Positions 38,594 through 48,162 of a stretch of 64,000 nucleotides of DNA are shown piece by piece; positions within the stretch are counted from its first letter, which is position 1; each line of letters opens with the position of its first letter. Origin of the DNA: a virus; the IMG/VR virus record IMGVR_UViG_3300028920_000059, positions 1 through 64,000 of that record; one strand, given 5' to 3'. Made by a program: the position numbers and the translations under genes. Under the pieces are notes generated by a model, which was given only the letters and a program-made list of their open reading frames with translations, had not been told where the DNA came from and did not search any database.

Positions 38594-39986
38594 TGGATTG
38601 TTCTTTCTTCTGATACCAGTTGCCGTCTACCGGAGTGACCTCCGCTTCGACCTCAAGTGGGACGTTGATCCACGACCATGCTTCCTTCAAGCGCCGGACC
38701 ATTACATCCTGGGCCATTCCTAAGAAGTCGTCCAGCTCCTCCATTGGGATGTCTCCGATTACGCTATCGTGAATCTGACCGACCAGTAGCGATTCCATCT
38801 TCTGCTTTTCGATCTCGTCTTGGATCCCGATCAGCGACTTGAGCAGACAGTGAAAGGCAGATCCCTGGACGGGATAGTTGATGATTTCGTTGCGCTTCAT
38901 CCACCCTTGGCAGATAAAGCCGGTAAGCGTTTTCATCCAACCGCGATCGTTGTACTCCCGGACCCACTTTTTCTTCCAACGGTCATAGATCGGGAAGCGT
39001 TTGGTCCAGAACTCCTTTTCAACCTGCTGGATGTGTCGCTCCATGGTTCCTTTACGTGGCTTCTCTCTCGGGTCGCAGTCGCCTCGCTCCCTGATTCCCT
39101 TAGAGCGCAGGTGCTCTTTGAGACTCGTCCCGTCTCTTAGCTGTAAGTCCAGCTGGTCGATAGCATCCCAGAGGCTCTTAGCGCAGTCGATATACCAGTC
39201 ACCGTAGAACTGGGGGAACACAAACATATTCTTACCGCAGTAGCGAATCTGCTTAGCTCGTTTATCGGACGGGACCATTTCATCTAGTGGTAGACGGAAG
39301 CACTCCATCGCCATATCGCGGTGCATGTCCTTAGTTTTATCTTCAAGATACTCTAGCATCGTTGGATCTTGGTGGTAGCAGGCGGCGATACAGACTTCAA
39401 TGCCACTATAGTCAAGCTCAACGAGACAACGACCTGGTCGTGCAATGAAGGCCTGACGAATTAGCTTGGCAATCTTAGGATCACGAATCGGGATGTTTTG
39501 GAAGTTCGGACTGTCCGAGCTAGAGCGATAGGTGCGCGCCATATTGAGATTGAAGCCTGGGTGAAGATACCCGTTGACAACCTCCCGCTCGATACCCTGC
39601 AGGTAGGTCGTGAGACTTTTCTTCATTTTCTTGAGCTGAAGATAGTCCTTCACGAACGGGTTGTCAATCTTGGCTAATGCTGTCTCGTCTGTCTTATATA
39701 TCTCGTGCTTAGTTTTCTCTCCGGTGTAGCCCATAACTTCAAATAATATGTGACCAAGCTGCTGGCCACTATCCACATTGGTCGCGCCTTTGTATTCCCG
39801 CTTCCATATCTTCAGTATCTCGGACGTTTCAAGCTTCTCGGTAGTTCGATTGATTCGCCGTCGAAGTCGTCGCTGCGCTTTGGCCAGATAGCTCGTGTCG
39901 ATCCGGATACCATTCGCTTCGATCTTGGCTAACGTGATCGACCCGTCGTGGAGTAGCTGGTAGGCTTCCTTAGAGTAGGGAATCAT
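38583..39986 (-). CDS. polA: Family A DNA polymerase, polymerase domain
   Basis: RSSSDSPNFQNIP, motif A DYSGIE, motif B R..GKNMFVF..FYG, NYPVQGSA, motif C QIHDS. Confidence 0.92.
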   Translation of the reverse strand: MIPYSKEAYQLLHDGSITLAKIEANGIRIDTSYLAKAQRRLRRRINRTTEKLETSEILKIWKREYKGATNVDSGQQLGHILFEVMGYTGEKTKHEIYKTDETALAKIDNPFVKDYLQLKKMKKSLTTYLQGIEREVVNGYLHPGFNLNMARTYRSSSDSPNFQNIPIRDPKIAKLIRQAFIARPGRCLVELDYSGIEVCIAACYHQDPTMLEYLEDKTKDMHRDMAMECFRLPLDEMVPSDKRAKQIRYCGKNMFVFPQFYGDWYIDCAKSLWDAIDQLDLQLRDGTSLKEHLRSKGIRERGDCDPREKPRKGTMERHIQQVEKEFWTKRFPIYDRWKKKWVREYNDRGWMKTLTGFICQGWMKRNEIINYPVQGSAFHCLLKSLIGIQDEIEKQKMESLLVGQIHDSVIGDIPMEELDDFLGMAQDVMVRRLKEAWSWINVPLEVEAEVTPVDGNWYQKKEQSIAG

Positions 39987-41191
39987 CGGAGTGCTTCCAT
40001 CTGGCGCTGGGCTACGTGATACTCCAAGAGAGAATCAAGCCCGTTGTAAAGTAAGAGGTCCTCTTGGTTGATGTCGTTGATTCGATTGAGATTGTTCGCG
40101 CCTCTTTCACCTTCGCCTTTTAGGTATGATAATACGTGCGATGAATAGTCACTGATTCCAAGATATACGAACGCTTGGAACTTGATCGACGTGATACCGG
40201 AGCGATTATCAATGCAGTGTGCTGCCAGCATCGTATCCCAATGCCAGCCTACGACTCCGTGGCCAAGCTTAGCTCTCGTCCAGCGTTCCTCAAACTTGAG
40301 ATTGGATGCGATCTTGAGTAGCTTGGGCTTGCGAAGTATTTTGCTAACGAGACGCCGCACGCCCTTGGTAAATGGGATGGCGAAAGTGTCCTCCCCATCG
40401 AGGCAGAAACTGACCGATACGATCCGCTGTTCGACTCTCTCTGGTTTCAGGCCCGTCGTTTCGTAGTCCCAAGCCAATTGGCCTTCACACTTGAGGAGCT
40501 CCCGGAGACGCTTCTTGGCCTGCCCTTCTTGGGTGATAATCTCAACTTCTGATTGAAGATCAGCAAGCGTCGGCGCTGTTCGCGGGATCCCTTCCATGTG
40601 GAGACTGACGGCGCGGAGTAGCTGCTCCTTGAAGATCAACTCAAGCAGCTGATCGCCATCGGATCGAAGCACGTAGCTCGGGTGGAATACCGGGCAGACC
40701 CATGCGTTGTATTCATGACATGGGATCGTCCAGCCTACCCATTTGGAGATGGAGTCAACTCCCTTTTTCCAGAGCGGGGTGATGAGCGATTCCACAGCGG
40801 ACTTCCCGAGCGGAATGATCACTTCTGGTTGCAGTTCTTGGATAGCCTGGAGGAGAGCCGGTCGGCATGCCTTGATATACTTCGGGTCGATCTTGTTTTC
40901 GGGTGGTCGACAGGTAACGGCGTTGGTTATCCAGCAGTCATCTAAATCAACCCCGATGTCCTCCAAGAAGCCCCGAAGCAGCTGACCGGCCTTCCCGACA
41001 AATTGGGTGCCCTGTCGATCCTCCTGCTCACCTGGCGCTTCGCCAACGAAGAGGATCTTGCGCTTCCCTTTTCCGGATGGCTTCATCTTCGGACTGAAGC
41101 AGCCTTTCGATAGACCACACAGCCCACACTGGGATGACTTTGGCTCTGCTACGACTTTTCGATTCCAGGAGGAGGCGGGGAGGAGGCTCAT
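39983..41191 (-). CDS. Family-4 UDG-like domain fused to a PolA 3'-5' exonuclease
   Basis: CGLCGL, VGEAPG, FVGKAG, TNAVTCRP, FHPSY; then DYETTGL, NLKFE, DTMLA, YNGLD. Confidence 0.85.
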   Translation of the reverse strand: MSLLPASSWNRKVVAEPKSSQCGLCGLSKGCFSPKMKPSGKGKRKILFVGEAPGEQEDRQGTQFVGKAGQLLRGFLEDIGVDLDDCWITNAVTCRPPENKIDPKYIKACRPALLQAIQELQPEVIIPLGKSAVESLITPLWKKGVDSISKWVGWTIPCHEYNAWVCPVFHPSYVLRSDGDQLLELIFKEQLLRAVSLHMEGIPRTAPTLADLQSEVEIITQEGQAKKRLRELLKCEGQLAWDYETTGLKPERVEQRIVSVSFCLDGEDTFAIPFTKGVRRLVSKILRKPKLLKIASNLKFEERWTRAKLGHGVVGWHWDTMLAAHCIDNRSGITSIKFQAFVYLGISDYSSHVLSYLKGEGERGANNLNRINDINQEDLLLYNGLDSLLEYHVAQRQMEALR

Positions 41192-41195
41192 TGAA

Positions 41196-42212
41196 TCAGG
41201 AACCCTTGTTCAGCGCGACTACGAACTGAATACCCTCCGCTTCCATCTTCATCTTTACCTCGGGAATAATGAGTACCGTCCTCGCACGCTGGAGTATCTC
41301 CGTCAGGAATACTGGCTGAACGTCGAAAATCATATCAGGCCCGTCGTATTTGATCTTGCGCGTCTCGCGGTACCAACCAACATCCTTGCGTGCCTCCATC
41401 ACGAACTGCCGATCTTCCAGCTGGACGCGGACATAGGGATCGTCCTGTGCGTCAATCATGATGGCAGTACGCGTGATGGTCTCATTGAGATTCGGCGGGA
41501 ATTTGACTTCCGTCGCGCCGTCCATCTCCAGCAGCTGATCCAGCTCGGTGTGGTATGGTTCGTAGGAGCAACGAACCGAGACGATCTGCTTGGCTCCGGT
41601 ACGGAAGTGGATCCACCCGTCCGAGATGGAGACACGCTTCATCTTGAGCTTACCAAGACGTAGCAGCGAGGCGCCGGGTACCAGAATCTCATCCTGGAAG
41701 CCCGTAGAGATTGAAGCGCGATAGAAGCGCCAGTTATCGCAGGCTTCCACGAGATCCGGAGAGACGTGGACCATTGTTGACAACTCCTCGTTGGCGTTCC
41801 GGCCGCAGGTTCTGGCCGCCTGCTGAAGATGACCAGAGACCTCCTCGGCCAGCTTGGACCACTTACCGGGCGCTGGAACTGCGTCGTAGGGCAGGTTGAT
41901 CTCTGCCTGTGCGGTAATACCGGCGCTCCGTCGCTTACCCTTGATTACCATCTCGGTATCGGTCGAGTTGACTTCCAGCTCATCGTCTGGCATACCCTCA
42001 ACTACTTTGATCAGCTCGTTAGCCAAGACGGCAAGAGTGATCGCTTCTGGTAGCGGCGATGGGGACCTGGTCATAATCTCATCGTTGAATGTGATGAGAT
42101 CGCTGCCGGCGAATATGATGCAGTTACTCTGCTCTAGTGTTTCGTAGCGGCTAGCGACTCCCAGGGACGCGAAGTAAAGGGCCTCAATGAACTTCTTACG
42201 GTTGACTTTCAT
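41196..42212 (-). CDS. Beta sliding clamp-like protein
   Basis: 338 aa; MKVNRKKFIEAL N-terminus, ACDNWR (compare ATDGHR); beside polymerase and clamp loader. Confidence 0.6.
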   Translation of the reverse strand: MKVNRKKFIEALYFASLGVASRYETLEQSNCIIFAGSDLITFNDEIMTRSPSPLPEAITLAVLANELIKVVEGMPDDELEVNSTDTEMVIKGKRRSAGITAQAEINLPYDAVPAPGKWSKLAEEVSGHLQQAARTCGRNANEELSTMVHVSPDLVEACDNWRFYRASISTGFQDEILVPGASLLRLGKLKMKRVSISDGWIHFRTGAKQIVSVRCSYEPYHTELDQLLEMDGATEVKFPPNLNETITRTAIMIDAQDDPYVRVQLEDRQFVMEARKDVGWYRETRKIKYDGPDMIFDVQPVFLTEILQRARTVLIIPEVKMKMEAEGIQFVVALNKGS

Positions 42213-42258
42213 CTGATCTATCTCCTATCTATATTTCTCACTCGGCTCGGTATTGAAT

Positions 42259-42291
42259 AAAAATGGGAGACACTTACGTGCCTCCCATTTT
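42259..42291 (-). terminator. Intrinsic terminator, possibly bidirectional
   Basis: AAAATGGGAG-ACAC-TTAC-GTGC-CTCCCATTTT. Confidence 0.7.
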
Positions 42292-42312
42292 CGACTCGTG
42301 GGGGCTATACGG

Positions 42313-42843
42313 TCACTTTTCCAGGATGGTGATGGTCCCGTCTGAGTCAAGGCTCAGGACGTTGGCAGCCTGCAGGGCCTTCGCCGCGCGAGTAGCGTAG
42401 CGATAGCCGTTCTGTTTGCTGAACGGGCTTTCCCGTCCGCCGGCGGCGAGGTAGTTCTTGATAGCCAGCTTGCCGGCCTCCTTCAGATTCCTGGAGTGGA
42501 GGACGGCCTTGGCCCCAATCTCCATCCAGTTGGGTCGCTTGCCCTTCTCCTTGTCGCTGGTGGAGCCGCTGGATGGCTTGTCGTCGCTGCTCTTGGGCTT
42601 GGCCTTCTTGCCCTTCGGGGTCTCCTTGACAGCGCTTGTCGGCGATTCCTCGGCGTCCTGGGTGTCGAGCAGCTCCAGGTCTACCAGCAGCTGGGTCTCA
42701 TCAGAGTTGAGGGTGTCGGGGATACCGGTTTTGGGCAGGAAGCGCTGTAGCTTCTTGACGGCCCTCTCGGCGCTGATCTTGGTCGTATGGGGCGCGCCGA
42801 TCTTATCGAGGATCCCCAAGACGACTGAACGCTTGATGCTCAT
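42313..42843 (-). CDS. Hypothetical basic protein
   Basis: AAGGAG RBS; 176 aa. Confidence 0.6.
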   Translation of the reverse strand: MSIKRSVVLGILDKIGAPHTTKISAERAVKKLQRFLPKTGIPDTLNSDETQLLVDLELLDTQDAEESPTSAVKETPKGKKAKPKSSDDKPSSGSTSDKEKGKRPNWMEIGAKAVLHSRNLKEAGKLAIKNYLAAGGRESPFSKQNGYRYATRAAKALQAANVLSLDSDGTITILEK

Positions 42844-42905
42844 GGTTGACTCTCCTTGGTGAGTGGGTTTGTATTCTATTATCGCAAGTCAAACATTATT
42901 ATGAC

Positions 42906-44315
42906 CTAGAGGGTCCCACAGTAGAAAGCGTGCCCGATAGCGAGGCATTGACCAACCCAGAGACACTGAAAGGTATTGAAAGGATTTTCTCGCAATACGA
43001 TCCAGTTCAATCGCATGACGTTATGAGTCTTTTCCTGAGGCGTTTGATTCAACCCAAGCATCCCAGTTACGTGGGCCAGCTTGCGTTTATCCTCGCTGAA
43101 GTTCTTGGCCGATTGCGTACGGAGATCATAACTAGCGGCATCAGCTTGGGTCGGTGCGATTACGAGACAGTGGCGCTCTTGGCTCAAACGCCGAAGCGCC
43201 TTCCACGTCTCGTTGACTTGGTCGCGGGTGGTATGCGACGGGTCTTCTGGGGCAAGGATATCTGCATAATCAATGATAATCACATCGGGGATAAATCCCT
43301 CCGACATCTCCCAACGATCCAGCACGCTCATGACTCCGCGCACGTTGATGGAACTATTTGCGTGGACGCTTACCTTTAGATATGACTTATCGGGATTGAG
43401 ACCGTAGCTGCGCTTCATCCTCTTGACTGCTCTGAGACATGCCTGCTCGGTAAGGTGATGTTTGAATAAGCGGGTACTATTCTCAACGCCGACTTCATCC
43501 TCATCCGTCGCTGGCTTGATGATTTTGATCGGTGCTCGTATCTCTCCGCACAGCTCCTTCTTGAATGGGCGTGATGCGAAGTACATTCCAAGACGCTGCA
43601 TGACTTGTAATTCGCTCAGGTCACCGACTTGGAAGAAAGCAACGCGGCGCCGATTTCGTAGTGCGCGGGCCACGAATTCAATGCACCAGAAGGTCTTGCC
43701 ACGCTTCTCTGGTCCTTGGATCCCGATCAGCGCATCGCGAACCAGCGCGTGGTTCAAGAAGCGCCCGGCGTCACCTGGGAATTCAATTAGTGGATCCGCC
43801 GCCTCGCTGAAGCATCGCTCCCACGCGCCTTCATCTCGGAGCGGGTCAATCCCTAGTGATGTCAACATCTCTACTGGACGATAGTTGAGGACGGCTTGTC
43901 GCGCTTCTTCAGCGCGGCCGACTTGGAGGGCTTGGTCTACCGTATCCTGTAGATGCTGAAGGCTCCGGCGCTCCAGGAAGCCGCGCAGTTGGTCCAAGAG
44001 ATATGGGATGTTGACTGGATCTTCATCTTCAAAGTCCTCCGAGAGGTCCTCTAAGAGGTCTTCAATCGCTTGAGCGTCTGGCGAGTCCTCGTGATCTTCC
44101 GCCCATGCGTAGAAGATGGATTCAATGTTTTGCTTCGGCGCCTTCTGGTATGTATTGAAGTATTCTAAGCACCAGGTAGCGATGAATCGGAAGTGGGAGG
44201 CTTGGATGAGGGAAATATCTAATACGGGAACGGCTTGACTCAAGAAGTCAGTCGATGATATAAGCGCCGCGAGTAGACGGCGCTCAACTTGGCTGTCTAT
44301 TCGCTGGCGTTTCAT
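42906..44315 (-). CDS. dnaB: DnaB-like replicative helicase
   Basis: GPEKRGKT, VIIIDYADIL, PTQAD, SEDKRK. Confidence 0.85.
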   Translation of the reverse strand: MKRQRIDSQVERRLLAALISSTDFLSQAVPVLDISLIQASHFRFIATWCLEYFNTYQKAPKQNIESIFYAWAEDHEDSPDAQAIEDLLEDLSEDFEDEDPVNIPYLLDQLRGFLERRSLQHLQDTVDQALQVGRAEEARQAVLNYRPVEMLTSLGIDPLRDEGAWERCFSEAADPLIEFPGDAGRFLNHALVRDALIGIQGPEKRGKTFWCIEFVARALRNRRRVAFFQVGDLSELQVMQRLGMYFASRPFKKELCGEIRAPIKIIKPATDEDEVGVENSTRLFKHHLTEQACLRAVKRMKRSYGLNPDKSYLKVSVHANSSINVRGVMSVLDRWEMSEGFIPDVIIIDYADILAPEDPSHTTRDQVNETWKALRRLSQERHCLVIAPTQADAASYDLRTQSAKNFSEDKRKLAHVTGMLGLNQTPQEKTHNVMRLNWIVLRENPFNTFQCLWVGQCLAIGHAFYCGTL

Positions 44316-45109
44316 TCTTCAACAACTTCCTCGCTAATCAGTTTGCCGTCCTTATCAAAGTTCTTGACTCGGAAGCGGGTTCCATTCTGTTTATCGCCGT
44401 TCTTCGGCTTTGAGAGACGGAGCATCGCATCCTCAATGCGGATGAACTTCTGCCGAAAGGCGTTCCCGCTATATGCGACTGGTACGAAGTCATCATTAGA
44501 CCGAATGACGTCCCCCTTTCGGATATGGGCGCAGTACCATTTGAGAACTTTGCGGATCCGCGGAATTTCAACTCCGTCCCGAGTATGTAGTTTATGGAAT
44601 GATAAAGCCCACTGGCCTAGAGATGAACTATGGGAGACTTTTCGAACCTCGCTAATGGCCTCGTTGAGATGGGTTGCAAACTTTTTCCATCTCGGATGAC
44701 TTTTAGGATTCTTTCTACCCGGAGCCTCTGGCTCCGGGTTATTATTAATATCTTTATTAATATTAATAGGCACGTCATGGGTGACGTGTCTGCATAGACA
44801 TCCATGACGTGTCTGAATTCGGGACCATGTCGTTGCAAGAAGGCGCCGACGGCCTGTAAAGCCCGTTTGTTGAACTAGCTCCAGCTCCTTCAATTTGGCG
44901 ATCATTCGCTGGACCTGTCGATCTTCTACCCCAATGTATTTTCCAAGATAGCCGTTTGAAGCATAGCAGTCTTTTCCGCTAATATTGACCAGCGAGTCAA
45001 TCACCATCAATAGGATGGCTTCCTTGCAGGTGATCGTTTGCGCTTCGATCAATTCAAATATTTCCGGACGCATCCAACAGCCGCGGAAGTACGGATGCTG
45101 CTTTCCCAT
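44312..45109 (-). CDS. Replication initiator-like winged-HTH protein
   Basis: CYASNGYLGKYIGVEDRQVQRMIAKLKELELV; between primase and helicase; GGAGTCCTAAG-ATG. Confidence 0.7.
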   Translation of the reverse strand: MGKQHPYFRGCWMRPEIFELIEAQTITCKEAILLMVIDSLVNISGKDCYASNGYLGKYIGVEDRQVQRMIAKLKELELVQQTGFTGRRRLLATTWSRIQTRHGCLCRHVTHDVPININKDINNNPEPEAPGRKNPKSHPRWKKFATHLNEAISEVRKVSHSSSLGQWALSFHKLHTRDGVEIPRIRKVLKWYCAHIRKGDVIRSNDDFVPVAYSGNAFRQKFIRIEDAMLRLSKPKNGDKQNGTRFRVKNFDKDGKLISEEVVEE

Positions 45110-45110
45110 C

Positions 45111-46010
45111 TTAGGACTCCTCAAGAAGTTGTTTCATTATCGCGTCGGCCTCACGCTGGGGAAGGTCGCCGGGATCGGAGCCTAGTTCCGTGACCAGCTC
45201 TACGTTACCGTCATACATACTCAACCAGAAGGCGAGGCGCACGGCGCGCTTCTGCGCTTCTGGCTCGGGATCAAAGATGATGAAGCGGCGCCGATAGTCT
45301 TTCAAGATGACTGCTTGCTCACGCGTCCAGTCAATCCCGAGAGTAGCGACGGCGCCTGGGCCAAACTTCCAGACATCGGCTGGACCCTCTACTATAACGA
45401 CCGTATCAGTACAGTACTGGAGGCCATAGATGACTTCTCGTGGATCCGCACGGAGCTGGTCATTCGCAGGCATGCGATACTTCGGTTCAATATCTCGGAT
45501 CGTTCGGCCGCAGTAGGCCATTGTTTCACCATCAGCATTATTGATCGGGAAAACAATGCGCCAACTCCATGCGCGTCCGGAGAGATGAGCCGTTCCCTGA
45601 AGGTCCCACAGCTCCTCCAACTTCTCGGGATTGAATCCTCGACGCTGGAGATACCTCCGGTGGGCATTTTTCATTGGCCCAATGCCTGGTGGCGTCCAGA
45701 GCTTGCGCTTTCTTGGATTGATTTTAGGTTTAGGCGCTTCGATTGGGATGAAGTCCGTTTGGTACTTGCGGAACATCGCTTTGGCTATCTTCTCCGAATG
45801 AAGAAGCGCACGGAGTACTGAAAGAATCTTTATCGAACCACAACGCCAGCAGTTGAAGTAGCCCTTGCCGATATTGTAGCCGAGGTGCCAGCCACGGGTT
45901 CCATCCGTACAGAAGGGGCAGTGCGTCTGGATGTATCTACGCCCCTCGTACTGCCCCTCCTCTTTATGGGGGATCCCGTTATCCCGAACGAATGAGAGAA
46001 AGTCAAACAA
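45111..46010 (-). CDS. DNA primase (Zn finger plus TOPRIM)
   Basis: CPFC...FNCWRCG, GRT, IVEGPAD, FDPE, DPGD. Confidence 0.85.
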   Translation of the reverse strand: MFDFLSFVRDNGIPHKEEGQYEGRRYIQTHCPFCTDGTRGWHLGYNIGKGYFNCWRCGSIKILSVLRALLHSEKIAKAMFRKYQTDFIPIEAPKPKINPRKRKLWTPPGIGPMKNAHRRYLQRRGFNPEKLEELWDLQGTAHLSGRAWSWRIVFPINNADGETMAYCGRTIRDIEPKYRMPANDQLRADPREVIYGLQYCTDTVVIVEGPADVWKFGPGAVATLGIDWTREQAVILKDYRRRFIIFDPEPEAQKRAVRLAFWLSMYDGNVELVTELGSDPGDLPQREADAIMKQLLEES

Positions 46011-46182
46011 GGGTGGCTTCTACAAATTTTTCCATACTTTCCATGATGACATCTCGCATCGTGCGTTCGGACACGAAGCAAGCAAGCCTAAAATTATCTT
46101 TCAGCTCGGTTGGGATGTTCCAGATCAGGATGGACTTCACGTCCTTCTTGCTCTTTTGCTTATGCTGTTTCTTTGAAGCCAT
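46003..46182 (-). CDS. Small ribbon-helix-helix-like protein
   Basis: SILIWNIPTELKDNFRLAC...TMRDVI. Confidence 0.55.
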   Translation of the reverse strand: MASKKQHKQKSKKDVKSILIWNIPTELKDNFRLACFVSERTMRDVIMESMEKFVEATLV

Positions 46183-47593
46183 TTTGTTTCCCCCTGTGTT
46201 TGAATAATTCAACGGGACAGAAGTCCCCATCCAGAACCTTCTGTCTTATATCGTAGTTGCTCTGAAGAAGGTCCAGAGTGCCTTCTTCAATCGTATCTTT
46301 GGCGATCATGTAGAACACGTTGACGATAGATGCATCTTGTCCGATTCTGAGCGCACGGTCCTCAGCTTGTTCGTGCTTGCTCCAGCGATACCATAGCTCA
46401 AGAAAGACGACAGTTGACGCCGCATCTTGAAGCCCATCAAGCCCTTCGCCCGATGCTTTGATCTGTCCAGCGAATACTCGACAGCTGGGATCATTCTGGA
46501 ATCGCTCGACCTCGGCTTGGCGATTGCGCGTTCCGCCGGCGATTGAGGCGCAGGTTGGGAATAGCTTTTTGATCTCGGCAAGAATCCGACGATGGATACA
46601 GAACACGATCAGCTTCTCACCGGTTGCAAGAAAGTCCTCGGCCCAGTTCTTGAATGACTTCAACTTCCCTTCGGCTGCGACTCGTTTGAGTGCACCCATC
46701 TTGGTGAGACCGATAGCTGCCGACGCACGTTTCGCTGCGTCTTGGCCTTGATTTTCTTCGACCCAGTCCAAGTAGTTGTTCTCTGCTCTACGATACTCTC
46801 GTTGGTTGGAGAGTCGGATGGGGAGGATCGTGCGAATCTTTGGCGGTAATTCCTTGGCTACTTCGGACTTCATTCTACGAATCATAAAGGGCTGGATGCG
46901 CTCGTGAAGTTCCTCAAGATTGTCGTGGCCAGAAAAGTCCCAGCCTCGGCCTCGAAATGCTTTCTTGGGATTGCAGTATTGTTGGACGTAGCGCCAGAAG
47001 GAGCTGAACTCCCGTGGCGCAACGATGTTGAGCGTCGTGAAGAACTCAACCGGAGCGGCATCGATAGGTGTTCCACTCGCCGCGATGACGTAGGGAATGC
47101 CTCGACAGAGTTGTTGGACAGCCATCGTCCTGAGCGCCGACCGTTCTTTGATACAATGGCACTCATCGATGATGACTAGCTGCGGCTGCCCGAGACGGAG
47201 ATGATCAACCCAAGGAAAGGCCTTTGGCTTGGCCCGTTTGGTCCGCTTGCCATTTGGCCAGAGCGCATGGGCGAGGATCGTGTAGTTGATAACGACGATA
47301 TGGCAGCCGACTTTATAGGGCTTCTGTCCCTCCGCGACACCGGCTTGTAGACCTGCGTGCGTCGACATCTGATTCTGCCAATGGTATTTCACCTGGGCAG
47401 GACAAACGACGACTACACGCTTTATCTCGGGGTGGATAGCCAGCCAGCCAATTGCCTCTAGGGTCTTACCCAGCCCCATATCGTCACCAAGCACGAACCG
47501 CCCGCCAGCCGCCTCAATAGCTCTCACGCCCTGAACCTGATAGCGTTTGGGCGTGGTATGAAGGACGGTTCGGAGTTGCGTTCCTACAGACAA
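46160..47593 (-). CDS. SNF2-family helicase
   Basis: DDMGLGKT, IIDECH, SGTP, IRRMK, GEGLDG, QAEDRALRIGQ. Confidence 0.9.
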   Translation of the reverse strand: MSVGTQLRTVLHTTPKRYQVQGVRAIEAAGGRFVLGDDMGLGKTLEAIGWLAIHPEIKRVVVVCPAQVKYHWQNQMSTHAGLQAGVAEGQKPYKVGCHIVVINYTILAHALWPNGKRTKRAKPKAFPWVDHLRLGQPQLVIIDECHCIKERSALRTMAVQQLCRGIPYVIAASGTPIDAAPVEFFTTLNIVAPREFSSFWRYVQQYCNPKKAFRGRGWDFSGHDNLEELHERIQPFMIRRMKSEVAKELPPKIRTILPIRLSNQREYRRAENNYLDWVEENQGQDAAKRASAAIGLTKMGALKRVAAEGKLKSFKNWAEDFLATGEKLIVFCIHRRILAEIKKLFPTCASIAGGTRNRQAEVERFQNDPSCRVFAGQIKASGEGLDGLQDAASTVVFLELWYRWSKHEQAEDRALRIGQDASIVNVFYMIAKDTIEEGTLDLLQSNYDIRQKVLDGDFCPVELFKHRGKQNGFKETA

Positions 47594-48141
47594 GCTTGGA
47601 TCTCACTGAATGCTGTATCTATCTTTTCAGGATGCCAGTCGGCTACATCGATGAGCCACTGGCGAAGGTTCTGTTGCTTGGTTTCGGCTGAGCGGCCTTG
47701 GCACGGGCAAATTTCAAGCCAGAGATCATCCGGCGCTTCCCGAATAATCTGCAGAAGCGCCGCGCACTCCTCGCTGACTTCTAAGAGGATTCGTTTGAAC
47801 CAGTTCTCTTTGACTTCGGCCTCCGGCGCGCAGTTATCGTCCGGACATTGTGATAGAACCTTCTCACGGGTTGACGAGATAGGAAGGGAGAGATCACGAT
47901 GGAACGGAATCTTGCCGCGCAGGTAGAGGGTCTTGAGACGCCAGATGATCTTGCACTTGATCCATGCTTCAAAGGACCCGCGCTCGGCGTTATAGCCGCT
48001 CCCCTCTTTGAGTAGAAGGAAAAGAGTTACCTGCGCATCTTCAAGAACATCTCGGAACGGTTGGCCAAGACGGATTGAGACGTAGCGTGACGCATCTGCG
48101 ATCACGGGTTGGAGGTCTTGGAATTGCTGGTCGATGGTCAT
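47584..48141 (-). CDS. Sigma-factor region-2-like protein
   Basis: DVLEDA...YNAERGSFEAWI...I.WRL. Confidence 0.5.
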   Translation of the reverse strand: MTIDQQFQDLQPVIADASRYVSIRLGQPFRDVLEDAQVTLFLLLKEGSGYNAERGSFEAWIKCKIIWRLKTLYLRGKIPFHRDLSLPISSTREKVLSQCPDDNCAPEAEVKENWFKRILLEVSEECAALLQIIREAPDDLWLEICPCQGRSAETKQQNLRQWLIDVADWHPEKIDTAFSEIQACL

Positions 48142-48162
48142 GGTTGATCCTGGGGGAGGGGG

